From the IMG/VR virus record IMGVR_UViG_3300036781_000493, positions 1 to 50,647 of that record: DNA of 50,647 bases. One strand, 5' to 3'. Shown here piece by piece: positions 26,680 through 36,653 of this stretch (position 1 is the stretch's first letter; each line of letters begins with the position of its first letter). A model generated the notes under the pieces. The model did no database searches. It was given only the letters and a program-made list of their open reading frames with translations, and had not been told where the DNA came from. The DNA comes from a virus (Duplodnaviria > Caudoviricetes). The translations under genes were made by a program, and so were the position numbers.

Positions 26680-28032
26680 ATGCGTCACAAACGACAATTA
26701 AGATTCGATGCACCTGCTTTTAATTTTAGAAGCGGGGGAGATATTATCTCCGGTTTTGGCCAAGGTGTCACGACGAATCTAATGTCGTTTAGCGAAGACC
26801 TTCGATTCCATTGGACGTTCGGCACAGGCGGTACTGGAGCACCGACAACTGCGCCTAATCTGACTCGATTAACTTCTGTTCTTTTACCGGATGCATCTGG
26901 CGGTGATGTAGGAAAAGGATTCACCTGCACAGGATTAGCAAAAGATCCGGATTTAAATTGGTGGATTGGGAATGACGGTAGAAATCAAGATGGTGATTCT
27001 AGTTATTTAACTAGCATTGTCAAGATTTCTGCCGATGGAACGACAAAACTAGCTGAATGGCCGATTCCTCAGTTAGGTGTGCAAGGAGTCGCATACGATA
27101 CGTCGAATGACACTCTTTGGTATTGCGGTAACGCGGATCAATTCATTTTTCATCTGAATAAAAATACTGGCGCATCGCTCGGATCGATTCCATTCGTTGG
27201 GGCACAACCCAATGGTCTAGCTTATGACAGTTTTAGAGACAAATTGTGGTGCTTATTCGGACAGAGTATCTCAAGAGTCAATAAAGCCACAGGTGCGATT
27301 GAATTCAGTTATGATTTGCAGGGCATAGGTGGCGATCATATCAGCTATGACTCAGCTCGTGACTATCTTTGGATAAGTGCTGGGGCTAATGCGACTCCAG
27401 GACTTTTGTTAGCTTATGACATTAAAAAGGATAGAATAGTCTGGCAAGGAACACTTACCAGTACTGAGGCAGTTGAAGGAGTCTATATTGCTGGATCACT
27501 CATTACTGTTGTAACAGATGGTTGGTTTCATGCGACTCCTCCTGGTAGTGTACCAGCACCGTATAATATTAATGCCATTGAAACATACACTCTTCCAGCG
27601 TTGACTGGTTGTGTGTTTCAGCGTGCTTTTGGGCAATACGCTATGGGACCATTTGGTCGTATGGCTGATAGAATCATCTTGAATAAAGGTGCTGGTACAG
27701 CAGGTACTGATTTTGCCAATGTCAATCGTAATGGTGACTTAACCATAGCACAACAAAAGACTCTATCATTCTATGTGAAACCTACATGGGATGATGAAAG
27801 TCCAACAACCGGAATCAGGGTAGCCTCAGCTGCTCAACAACAACGTGCTCTTGTTGGCGGAGCTGGCTGGCAAAGAATCTCTGTCACGGGGGCGGCTGAT
27901 GCTCAACCTAATTGCCAGCTTGTTCTCAGAGGAACATTTGGCACAGCCGACTATGCCGACTTGTTGGTTACTGCTTGCCAACTTGAGTCAGGCACTATTT
28001 TAACACCATATAACCCAAGGTTGGGAGCTTAA
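26680..28032 (+). CDS. beta-propeller protein, putative receptor-binding or virion appendage
   Basis: Repeated G[VL]AYD..D.LW blades; C-terminal beta-sandwich-like region ending QLESG...TPY. Confidence 0.65.
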   Translation: MRHKRQLRFDAPAFNFRSGGDIISGFGQGVTTNLMSFSEDLRFHWTFGTGGTGAPTTAPNLTRLTSVLLPDASGGDVGKGFTCTGLAKDPDLNWWIGNDGRNQDGDSSYLTSIVKISADGTTKLAEWPIPQLGVQGVAYDTSNDTLWYCGNADQFIFHLNKNTGASLGSIPFVGAQPNGLAYDSFRDKLWCLFGQSISRVNKATGAIEFSYDLQGIGGDHISYDSARDYLWISAGANATPGLLLAYDIKKDRIVWQGTLTSTEAVEGVYIAGSLITVVTDGWFHATPPGSVPAPYNINAIETYTLPALTGCVFQRAFGQYAMGPFGRMADRIILNKGAGTAGTDFANVNRNGDLTIAQQKTLSFYVKPTWDDESPTTGIRVASAAQQQRALVGGAGWQRISVTGAADAQPNCQLVLRGTFGTADYADLLVTACQLESGTILTPYNPRLGA

Positions 28033-28033
28033 C

Positions 28034-28690
28034 ATGAACGAGTCAATTCTATTCGCCAAACTCAGAGCAACTGTTTTTGAGGGTCATTTGACTCAGACGC
28101 AAATTGATGCATTTCATTCAATTCTTGCGGCTTGTCAAAAATGGAATGTCATCGATCTGGCCGAAATTGCCTCTGCTTTGACTCCGCCTATGATTGAAAC
28201 GGGCGGGAGTTATAAACTCGTTGAAGAAGATTTGCATTATCGTGCGGCTGGACTCAGAAAGACTTTCAAAAAATATTTCACCACGGATGCAATCGCGAAT
28301 AAGTATGCGATGCAACCAGAGCGAATCGCTAATCGAGCATATGCAAATCGCAATGGAAATGGCAATGAGGCCAGTGGGGATGGTTGGAAGTATAGAGGCA
28401 GAGGATGGCCGCAGTTGACAGGTCGAGCAAACTATGAAAAGCTCGGACTCGTTCTGAGTCTTCCATTGATTGAAAAGCCAGAGCTTGCACTTGATCCGAA
28501 TGTTTCGGCTCAGATTCTTGTTCTCGGCATGAAAAATGGTATTTTCACCAGCCGCAAATTGAGTCAGTATCACACGAAAATTGGATACGATTTCAAGGGC
28601 GCTAGGGATATCATCAATCCGGGCGACAGAAACGCCGACAACGAACGATTCGGAAAGCAGATTTATGCTGCATTAGCTGCGGCCGAATGA
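28034..28690 (+). CDS. endolysin, glycoside hydrolase family 19
   Basis: ETGG, IANRAYANRNGNG, GDGWKYRGRGWPQLTGRANY motifs. Confidence 0.92.
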   Translation: MNESILFAKLRATVFEGHLTQTQIDAFHSILAACQKWNVIDLAEIASALTPPMIETGGSYKLVEEDLHYRAAGLRKTFKKYFTTDAIANKYAMQPERIANRAYANRNGNGNEASGDGWKYRGRGWPQLTGRANYEKLGLVLSLPLIEKPELALDPNVSAQILVLGMKNGIFTSRKLSQYHTKIGYDFKGARDIINPGDRNADNERFGKQIYAALAAAE

Positions 28691-28730
28691 TCGAATCACT
28701 TAACCAATGCAGTCTGGAAAGGAAAGGCAA

Positions 28731-28922
28731 ATGGGTAATGTCTCTAAAGCAATTGCAGGTGCAATCGTCGGTGGAGTCACAGGCATTGGTACGGTTGCGG
28801 CAGGCGCGCAGCTCATCCCGGATGGAGTCACTGCTCCCTGGTGGGCCTACCTACTCGTTCCGCTCGTCCAAGCAGCTGTGGGATTCGTTGGTGTCTATAT
28901 CGCCCCGAAGAATACCAACTGA
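28731..28922 (+). CDS. putative holin
   Basis: 63 aa, two hydrophobic segments, directly after the endolysin, AAGG RBS. Confidence 0.65.
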   Translation: MGNVSKAIAGAIVGGVTGIGTVAAGAQLIPDGVTAPWWAYLLVPLVQAAVGFVGVYIAPKNTN

Positions 28923-28926
28923 GACG

Positions 28927-29388
28927 TTGGCCAGCAGCATCATCATACGGATTCGGCATAAATTTCGACTCCGTTTTGTCGAATGGGTTGGGGCTTTTCA
29001 GATCATGATGCTCGGCATCGTTCTGTTGAGTCCCAAAGCCACCTTCGACAACAATGCCAACTTTGCTTTTATGGCACAGATGGCAACTGAGTCCACATGG
29101 TCTGTTGGACTTTTCCTGTTTGGTTTCTTCCGTATATGTGGACTCATTATTAATGGGTCCATGGAAGGGGCTACTTCTGTAATCAGGACGCTTGGCGCTG
29201 TTACGGGATTCATGATATTTTTCATGATCGGTTTTAGCATGATTGTGTCTTGGTTGGTGCTGGGTAATGCCCCATCCACTGGACTCGCAATGTATATTCC
29301 TGCCTGTGGTGCGGAGATTGCGGCCATCATCTGTGCATCACATGACGCAAGGGTATATCAGAATGGCAGAGGTCGCTCTACTTCCTGA
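28927..29388 (+). CDS. four-TM membrane protein of the lysis cassette
   Basis: Four hydrophobic helices; TTG start inferred right after the holin stop. Confidence 0.65.
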   Translation: MASSIIIRIRHKFRLRFVEWVGAFQIMMLGIVLLSPKATFDNNANFAFMAQMATESTWSVGLFLFGFFRICGLIINGSMEGATSVIRTLGAVTGFMIFFMIGFSMIVSWLVLGNAPSTGLAMYIPACGAEIAAIICASHDARVYQNGRGRSTS

Positions 29389-29701
29389 TTCTGTGCAGGT
29401 TATAGCTGGTATCGTCGGAGTAGCAGTAGCGGCAGGTACAGTGGTTATTGGTTGGGTCAGAGCTAAAGGGACTCAACCAACTACCAACGTTGAAGCTGCG
29501 ATGGGCATTGTCGATAATCGTGGCGTCAAGGCACTTGTTGAGTCTATTGACGGTGCTGTTGAATCGTTTGATGAATTTTATCAAAAAGATAATCGAGCAC
29601 GTAAAGATATGAGAGAGTCACTTGATCGTCTTTGTGATGAGTTGAGTGATCTGAATGCACACCTCGGCCGTCTGGTCAGACAAAACGCTCTAAAGGATTG
29701 A
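29363..29701 (+). CDS. single-TM coiled-coil protein (lysis accessory)
   Basis: MAEVALL..IAGIVGVAVAAGTVVIGW followed by a helical region. Confidence 0.65.
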   Translation: MAEVALLPDSVQVIAGIVGVAVAAGTVVIGWVRAKGTQPTTNVEAAMGIVDNRGVKALVESIDGAVESFDEFYQKDNRARKDMRESLDRLCDELSDLNAHLGRLVRQNALKD

Positions 29702-29705
29702 TTCC

Positions 29706-31316
29706 ATGGCAAATGACACCAATGGCGACAGCCGAGGCACCAGTGCTGAGAGCCGTGGTATGGACTCCGGTTCTTCAAAGGGTGCGAATCAATCAGGTGG
29801 CAAGGCCGAAGGTGGAGCGGATAGCAGAACCAATTCGGGTTCTAGCTCGTCCAGTTCAAAGGGAGCTAATCAATCAGGTGCAAAAGCTGAAGGCGGTGCT
29901 GATTCTAGGACGAATACTGGTTCCAACTCGTCCTCCGGCGGGTCCAAGAATCAATCGGGATCGAAAGCCAATGGAGCGGACAGCAATACCGGATATACGG
30001 GGTCGAGCTATAATTCCACCTCTGGTTTGTCGAGTCTCGGGCACTCCCTGGGCGCTGCTATTGGCGCTATTGGTGGGGCCATTGGCTCTGCTCTTGGCTT
30101 TAATACTGCGAGTCCTAATCTGGGGATTGGGAGTCTAACTGGCAATCCAGGTGTGATGGCCAAAGAGATGAGAGCAGCTGGATACCCTGAGGCAGCAATT
30201 GCTGGATTCGTTGGTCGTATGCAGACTGAGTCATACGGACGCATGGACCCCAAAGCCAGGAATAAAGGTGACGCGGTTGATGGAACTGATTCGATTGGTA
30301 TCGGTCAGTGGAACATGTCTAGAGCAGATGCACTTAATTCGTTTGCGAAGGAGCAAGGACTCGATCCAATGTCGATTGATGCACAGGCAAAGTTTGCTGT
30401 GCATGAGTTGTCAACAACTGAAGCTAAGGCTGGTAAAGCATTGATGAATGCTAAGTCAGTTGATGATGGAGTCAAGGCAGCTATCAGCTATGAAAGGCCG
30501 CAAGGATATAAAGAGGCGGTTAAGAGTGGAGATTATACTGGAGTCATTGGATACAATGACACGGTTAATAATGCTAATGCTGTGGCTGCCTCTTTGCGTG
30601 GGCAGACTGCTACTGCTTCGCAGGATGACTCTGATCCTTACGGAGCCAGTGCGGCAGTTAATACGTCGATCTCAAAAGCGACTGGGACGCCGACAACGTC
30701 AACGACTGGATACACTGATCCTCAGGTAACGACTCAGTTTCGTGATAATCCAGCGGCCCATAAGGCTGCTCAGGAGAAAGCTGCAGTAACAGGGAGTCCT
30801 GCTGTTGCTTCAACCACGCCAACGAATACAACAGGTCCGACTCCGAAAGCGGATATCCCAAACACGGATCCGGCTGCGTCAGTGCCGAAACAAAAGGATG
30901 ATTTGCTGGGTACGCTTGGCACTGTTTTGCATGCTGCTGTGGATCCGGTTGGATTCTTGGTGGGCACGGTCACGGGCATCGGCAAGGATAAAAAGTCGAA
31001 TCCAGATGATCCTCTTGGCGTTGCGACTGCTCTTTCGCATTTAGCATCTGGGGCCCCTAACGGGGTAAAGATGGACTCATCGAAAAACAACTCGAAGAAT
31101 GATGGCGAGCAAGTTGCCACGTCTCCTGTTGATTCAGGTCCGTCTTCCACGAACACGCTCAGCATTCAAGATCAGTTTGCTCAAATGTCTAAGGACTTCT
31201 TTGCTAGCAAAGGTGCTCAGACAGGTGGGCCGACTCTGCAACCTTTGGACATTGCCATGCTAGCGCCATTCAGCTGGAGCAAACTGACTGATACGAATAC
31301 TGACAAGAAAGCTTAA
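29706..31316 (+). CDS. virion protein with phage tail lysozyme domain
   Basis: AAIAGFVGRMQTES...SIGIGQWN..R motif (Phage_lysozyme2-like); Ser/Gly-rich N-terminal repeats. Confidence 0.8.
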   Translation: MANDTNGDSRGTSAESRGMDSGSSKGANQSGGKAEGGADSRTNSGSSSSSSKGANQSGAKAEGGADSRTNTGSNSSSGGSKNQSGSKANGADSNTGYTGSSYNSTSGLSSLGHSLGAAIGAIGGAIGSALGFNTASPNLGIGSLTGNPGVMAKEMRAAGYPEAAIAGFVGRMQTESYGRMDPKARNKGDAVDGTDSIGIGQWNMSRADALNSFAKEQGLDPMSIDAQAKFAVHELSTTEAKAGKALMNAKSVDDGVKAAISYERPQGYKEAVKSGDYTGVIGYNDTVNNANAVAASLRGQTATASQDDSDPYGASAAVNTSISKATGTPTTSTTGYTDPQVTTQFRDNPAAHKAAQEKAAVTGSPAVASTTPTNTTGPTPKADIPNTDPAASVPKQKDDLLGTLGTVLHAAVDPVGFLVGTVTGIGKDKKSNPDDPLGVATALSHLASGAPNGVKMDSSKNNSKNDGEQVATSPVDSGPSSTNTLSIQDQFAQMSKDFFASKGAQTGGPTLQPLDIAMLAPFSWSKLTDTNTDKKA

Positions 31317-31318
31317 CC

Positions 31319-31474
31319 ATGGCCGTCAAGCCCAAGAAGCGATTCAATCGCTATCCGCAACCTCCGATCGATACGATACTTGTCGACTGTCGAGATTTGC
31401 AGGAACAGGTTGACTCTCTGCAAAATCTTGTGGAGGCCCTTGTCAAAAGAGTTGAAACTCTGGAGAATCCATAA
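31319..31474 (+). CDS. small coiled-coil protein (51 aa)
   Basis: Manual translation MAVKPKKRFNRYPQPP...LQNLVEALVKRVETLENP; TAATG coupling to the next gene. Confidence 0.6.
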   Translation: MAVKPKKRFNRYPQPPIDTILVDCRDLQEQVDSLQNLVEALVKRVETLENP

Positions 31475-33309
31475 TGCCTACTACTCGTATTGTACAGCCT
31501 GAGATTCAATCTTGGACACCTGCTATCGATGCGAGGGCTGCTGAAAGTGGCAGCATTTTTGTGCTCAATGGGAAGAATTATGCTTTTGACTCGAAAGGGC
31601 CAAAGAGCATGTTCGGTTCTACTGTGTTGCAAGGTGGCAGCATTGAATCAGATTTGTATAATGTTTATTACAATGAACAGGATGATCGATCGATTCTATT
31701 CACGGGTGAGGCCGCCTTAGAATATAGACATTCGATCATTGAGACTGATGACTCCCTCCCCACCGATGGATACTGGTTCAAGCTGGCTGATTTGACAGTT
31801 GAGCCGGCTACCAGTATTGGGCAGACTGCATGGACTCATGCATATGTTGGATACTCGAATTATTCCTGTCGGCCGTCACTTGGCATTTTCAAGATTCTTG
31901 GGGATTCAATAGAGCCATATGCCGGTACGGTTGAATTTGACAATGTCATTGCTATTGCTGAGGCAAACGGCAGACTCATTGTCATTGATCAATTTACGGC
32001 CTACTGGTCAAATTCATTCGATGCAGAAGATATGAGTCCTGCCCTTGGAGGGGCCGGCTTCCAGGTCATCAATGAGTCAGTACCCGGCACCCCCATCATG
32101 GTAACTACTTTTCAGGGTGGGTTCCTTGTCTGGACCACTGGTGGGTGCCTGATTGCTGAGTATGTGGGTGGTGAGACCGTCTATCGATTCGATCGAGTGA
32201 TCACAGATCAGTTACTGTATAATGCGGCTGCCTTCACCACGCTTGCATCCGGTTTGACCGTAATGATGACTCAACAGGGACTCTACCAATCGAGTCCTCA
32301 AGCTGGCCTGACTCCGTTGTCTGCTTTGTTCAATGAGTATCTTCGTGGAGTCATGAAGGAAAATCCTGACGTTAAATTCAGATTAAATTACATTACAGAG
32401 TCGGATCATCTTTATGTTCAACTTTTGGACGCTGGCCCGTTCTATGCAACCACCTATGTCTATTCGATGGGCGTGGATAAGTGGGGCACTTTCAATCGTA
32501 ACCATAAAGGCATTTGCCGATTTTCCAGTACACCTGGAGACTATGGTTACATTGATGTTGATGGATACCCACATCGATTCCACGACCTTCCATTCGATGA
32601 AACTGTTGACGGTGGAATCGAAGGGCTGAATTCAGAGATTGAGTTAGGATACATCCGGCCTGCTTCCGGATCCTTGTCGGCTGATATTGAATTCGAGATT
32701 CAGGAAATTGTTACTTCGGCAGTCTCAACTCTTAGCGTTGACTACGTAGTCATTGAAGAGGATTGGAACGGAGATGATGCTTTCGTTTCATTCAACATTG
32801 GATTCTACAATCACGACGAAGATTGGAATGGTTTCGGTGTCGCCGATTTCGACGAAGACATGAACGCGGAGTCAGGTGATGAAGATTACAATGATGGCAC
32901 TGGCGATACTGATCTCAATGATTCTGTGGCTGGTGTTCATGATTTTGATTGGAATGATGCTGGAGCACCTATCGATTGGGGGGCTACGCCAGTTGGTGGG
33001 GTCGATACTAGCTATATTATTGATTGGCAAGATGGCACTCTTAATGCTCCTGACGAAGATTGGAATGGCCCTCAGGCTTTTGTGAATGACGTTTCATATC
33101 AACTTGAGTCAATTTCCAATCTTGATGGCGTTCAAGAGGATCTGTCTGTGATTCCAACCTTGGCTGTCCGTAAGCAGAATATGGATTTGTGGACAATGTT
33201 TACGAGTGGACAAAACCATAGGTTCATTTACAGAGCCACCGAGCCATGGGAAAAATTTCATGTAAAATTCCTTGCAACTACTGTAAGTTTTCAGGGTCAG
33301 ATAAGCTGA
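31474..33309 (+). CDS. tail nozzle / tubular protein B-like (P22 gp10-type)
   Basis: 611 aa, beta-rich (GRLIVID..AYWS); position in a podovirus tail module. Confidence 0.65.
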   Translation: MPTTRIVQPEIQSWTPAIDARAAESGSIFVLNGKNYAFDSKGPKSMFGSTVLQGGSIESDLYNVYYNEQDDRSILFTGEAALEYRHSIIETDDSLPTDGYWFKLADLTVEPATSIGQTAWTHAYVGYSNYSCRPSLGIFKILGDSIEPYAGTVEFDNVIAIAEANGRLIVIDQFTAYWSNSFDAEDMSPALGGAGFQVINESVPGTPIMVTTFQGGFLVWTTGGCLIAEYVGGETVYRFDRVITDQLLYNAAAFTTLASGLTVMMTQQGLYQSSPQAGLTPLSALFNEYLRGVMKENPDVKFRLNYITESDHLYVQLLDAGPFYATTYVYSMGVDKWGTFNRNHKGICRFSSTPGDYGYIDVDGYPHRFHDLPFDETVDGGIEGLNSEIELGYIRPASGSLSADIEFEIQEIVTSAVSTLSVDYVVIEEDWNGDDAFVSFNIGFYNHDEDWNGFGVADFDEDMNAESGDEDYNDGTGDTDLNDSVAGVHDFDWNDAGAPIDWGATPVGGVDTSYIIDWQDGTLNAPDEDWNGPQAFVNDVSYQLESISNLDGVQEDLSVIPTLAVRKQNMDLWTMFTSGQNHRFIYRATEPWEKFHVKFLATTVSFQGQIS

Positions 33310-33321
33310 GGCAGAATTCGA

Positions 33322-33945
33322 ATGGCTATTGAAGAGCTTAACAAGCGAGTCCAACAGCCTCGCAACACAACTCAGACCAATGATCAATACATCGGGCCTC
33401 CTGGTCAGCTTGTCGTTGATACGGATCGTTGGGAGTTTAGACTCCACAATGGTCGCCGTAAAGGTGGATTCCGTTTTCCGAATCTTGATCAGTTGAAGAG
33501 AATGTTTATCTCGGCTAGCTCTGAGCTAGGTGGGGTGACATTTCCTTCTGAGTCGAGAGGCTTCATGGTTCGTGTAGCTGATAAGGTTTATCGGCTTAGA
33601 AACATTGTTGGCCAAGATGGTGGAATCACTGTCGACAATGCTGACGGCGCGGCCGGCAATCCCACCATTAAGCTTCCTTTGAGACTCGTCAACCAGACGG
33701 CACAACTTGATCTTGTGACCAATCTTGATGCGGCCGTGGACTCAGGAAGATATATTACAACAAAGACTGCGAATGCTTTGCCGGCTGGTTTGGCTGGAAT
33801 CGCAAATGCAGCTTTAGACGTCTACGCTGGTGTTGACGAAGGTGCTGACCTGAAGATTCTTCAAGTCGCCATTTCTCTATCCACTGGCACAAACACCATC
33901 TATCGTCGTCGTTTCGCCGCTGGAGTCTGGGGCGCTTGGGCTTGA
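33322..33945 (+). CDS. short tail fibre protein
   Basis: N-terminal GQLVVDTD...HNG...GG anchor (Mtd-N/hyaluronidase-N-like); C-terminal knob ending IYRR...WGAW. Confidence 0.7.
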   Translation: MAIEELNKRVQQPRNTTQTNDQYIGPPGQLVVDTDRWEFRLHNGRRKGGFRFPNLDQLKRMFISASSELGGVTFPSESRGFMVRVADKVYRLRNIVGQDGGITVDNADGAAGNPTIKLPLRLVNQTAQLDLVTNLDAAVDSGRYITTKTANALPAGLAGIANAALDVYAGVDEGADLKILQVAISLSTGTNTIYRRRFAAGVWGAWA

Positions 33946-33961
33946 TTCTTAGGAGATTAAA

Positions 33962-35635
33962 ATGACTTTTCCTTCTGACTACAAAAGAGTCCAGCAGCCC
34001 GGTGGCACGGCAGGTGTGGTCAATGCTGAGATTGGCTTGGCTCGGCAACTGCTCGTTGATACTACGAACTGGAATCTTCGTCTTATGGACGGAGGGACTC
34101 CAGGCGGTTTTGAGATTTCAATGGTCAAGGATTTGCCTGATCTGCTTCAGTTGAATTCAGATCTTCCAGATGTTTTGGGAATCATCGGCCAGATCAGCAA
34201 AACTCAGGTCGAAATTGGCACTGATCCAGATGCTCGACTCATTACACCCATTGTTCTGAAATCCATTTTCGACAAGTTCGTTGATACGTCAACGGCCGGC
34301 TCGTGGAAGATCAAGCCAACTGGGATGCCGGATGCGTTCAAGGGAGTCGCTGAGCAAATTACAGATGCCGATGATGCGGTTCTGAATGGGTTCTACGTTG
34401 CCGACCCGTCGATTTGCCTCAATCTTCCTGATGCGGTTCCAGATAACAATAACCTGAATGTGGCGATCAATGTCATCGCGCAGTCGATTGACAATCTGAT
34501 TCAGATTCTTTATATTCGTGATGATTCCACGCGTATCTGGACACGCGTGAAGAAGGATACTGTGTGGCATGCTTGGCTCTTGGCAACTAGTGTCACTGCG
34601 GCTGATATCCTTCTCAAGTTGAGTCGCGATGGCTCGTTGCCAATGACTGGCAATTTGAACATGGATATACACGGTATCAACAACCTCACGCAGATTAACC
34701 TTGGCCGAATCGGTCGCACCGATCATTGCATCAATGGGTGTTTTGACGTGTGGCAAAGAGGGCCAGGACCTCAGACTATTAATGGTTATCAGGCCGCAGA
34801 TCGTTGGCGTTCTGATTCAGTTGGTTCTACCAAATCTATCACTCAACAATCGCATACTATTGGTCAGACTCTAGTGCCTGGAAATGACACCTTCTTTCAA
34901 AGGTCTGTCATCACTTCGGTTACAGGCGCAAACAACTTTGCTAGCAACAGTCAACGAGTGGAAGATGTAAGAAGACTCGCAGGCAAAAAGGTCACTTGGC
35001 TGTTTGCTGCTAAGGCAGACTCGGCCAAGGACATTGCCATTAGCATCAATCAAAATTTTGGCACTGGCGGCTCTCCGAGTGCTGAAGTGACTGCGATTGG
35101 CGCTCAGAGAAAGACACTTGCAGTTGGATTCCAACTCTATTCAGCTGTGATCGATATTCCTCCGATCAATGGCAAGACTCTGGGATCGGATAACAACTCG
35201 TATACTGAGTTTAAGTTCTGGTATGATGCCGGATCGTCCTTTAATGCTCAAACTGCGAGTCTTGGTCAACAGAGCGGTACATTCGATATTTCACATGTTG
35301 GATTCATTGAAGGTGATGTCTCGAAAGAGATTGACCCGATTCCTAAGCTGAAGTTGAGTGAAATCACTTCGCAGTGTGAGAGATACTATGAAATATCTGC
35401 TCGATACAATGAGCAGTCCTATATGACATTGAGTCAAAATATCGTGATGTCTCGTCCTTGGAGAACTCGCAAGCGAGCTGCTCCGTCGGTTGGTTTCACT
35501 TTAAACAGTGGTGTCAATGCGAATCCAAATAGTGTGGGTGGTAGCACTCTTGTGATGACTACACTATTTGTAAAGGATGGCACATCTGGAGCGTACAATA
35601 TCGTCTTCGAAGCATCAGCAGACGCGGAGCTTTAA
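33962..35635 (+). CDS. tail fibre / receptor-binding protein
   Basis: Paralogous N-terminal anchor, knob (IWTRVK..VWHAW), LSRDGSLPMTGNL repeat, INGCFDVWQRG..ADRW domain. Confidence 0.8.
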   Translation: MTFPSDYKRVQQPGGTAGVVNAEIGLARQLLVDTTNWNLRLMDGGTPGGFEISMVKDLPDLLQLNSDLPDVLGIIGQISKTQVEIGTDPDARLITPIVLKSIFDKFVDTSTAGSWKIKPTGMPDAFKGVAEQITDADDAVLNGFYVADPSICLNLPDAVPDNNNLNVAINVIAQSIDNLIQILYIRDDSTRIWTRVKKDTVWHAWLLATSVTAADILLKLSRDGSLPMTGNLNMDIHGINNLTQINLGRIGRTDHCINGCFDVWQRGPGPQTINGYQAADRWRSDSVGSTKSITQQSHTIGQTLVPGNDTFFQRSVITSVTGANNFASNSQRVEDVRRLAGKKVTWLFAAKADSAKDIAISINQNFGTGGSPSAEVTAIGAQRKTLAVGFQLYSAVIDIPPINGKTLGSDNNSYTEFKFWYDAGSSFNAQTASLGQQSGTFDISHVGFIEGDVSKEIDPIPKLKLSEITSQCERYYEISARYNEQSYMTLSQNIVMSRPWRTRKRAAPSVGFTLNSGVNANPNSVGGSTLVMTTLFVKDGTSGAYNIVFEASADAEL

Positions 35636-35636
35636 C

Positions 35637-35837
35637 ATGATCTGGGAAGTAATAGGCTATCAATACTTTGGAAATATCAAGGCCATTCGAGATGGCATGA
35701 CTCTTTTTGTCCCAGATGACATGGCGAATTCGGATCGCTATTCCATCTGGGATACATGGGAGATGGGGCCTCCGGATCCTGAAACTGGCGAACGTGTTCG
35801 AATCAACACGATTCCGCCTTACAATCCAGGAGTGTAA
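35637..35837 (+). CDS. small tail-fibre accessory or chaperone
   Basis: 66 aa directly after the fibre gene; FVPDDMANSDR pattern. Confidence 0.6.
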   Translation: MIWEVIGYQYFGNIKAIRDGMTLFVPDDMANSDRYSIWDTWEMGPPDPETGERVRINTIPPYNPGV

Positions 35838-35841
35838 GTAA

Positions 35842-36645
35842 ATGGGCCTCCTTGATAGTCTGCTTGGAGTCGGCAAACTTGCCACCAATGTTCTCGGTGG
35901 TGGTGCCGGCTCTACGAAAAATACGAACCAGAGCTCAAGCTCGACTCAGAATTCTGTTCAGGCAACTGATCAGGTTCAAAGTTCGACTCAGAATGGTGTT
36001 CAAAACACGACTGGCAGTCAATCCAGCCAGCAGTTTTCGAGTGCCTTTTTGGCTCAGCTTGAGAAGATCACCTCTGATTCACTCGGAGCCAGCCAACTTG
36101 GAACAGCAGCTATCGGTGATCAGATTGTTGACAACTCGAAACCGGCCATGGATTTCGATGTTGATTCATTTGTCAACGGGATTACATCGGCAGCTTCAAG
36201 CCAGATTAACTCAGGTCTTGAATCAGGGATTAACCAGACGGCGGCCAACACAGGGGGCAGCGTCGGGGCTAATAGTGCATCAGCTCTTCTGGCAGGTAAA
36301 CTACGGAATGAGGCAACTGCCAGTTTGGCTGGAGTCAAATCCAGCGCGACCGCACAGGGTGCTCAGATCAAAGACCAGTTGATGAATGACCAGGTATCGA
36401 GATCGACGAGTCTTGCCGGGGCGCAGAGCACTGGGCTGGCTCAATTGCTGTCTGCTCTCAAGGGCGGCGCTGCGACTCAAACTGGTCAACAGTCTGTAGT
36501 CTCTCAGACAACGGCACAGGCCACTGGATCGACTCAGCAGGCAGGTCAAACCCAGTCTAACACGAAGGGAACTGCCACTGAGTCTACTCCATTCAATTGG
36601 ACGGCTGGGCTCGGCAATCTCTTCAACGTTAAACTTGATTCATAA
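35842..36645 (+). CDS. internal virion (ejection) protein 1
   Basis: Ser/Thr/Gln/Gly/Ala-rich; first of three genes of increasing size. Confidence 0.65.
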   Translation: MGLLDSLLGVGKLATNVLGGGAGSTKNTNQSSSSTQNSVQATDQVQSSTQNGVQNTTGSQSSQQFSSAFLAQLEKITSDSLGASQLGTAAIGDQIVDNSKPAMDFDVDSFVNGITSAASSQINSGLESGINQTAANTGGSVGANSASALLAGKLRNEATASLAGVKSSATAQGAQIKDQLMNDQVSRSTSLAGAQSTGLAQLLSALKGGAATQTGQQSVVSQTTAQATGSTQQAGQTQSNTKGTATESTPFNWTAGLGNLFNVKLDS

Positions 36646-36653
36646 GGTGAAGC

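Noticed and set aside
33322-35635. Diversity-generating retroelement suggested by Mtd-like N-termini
   Set aside because: No reverse transcriptase and no TR/VR repeat pair seen
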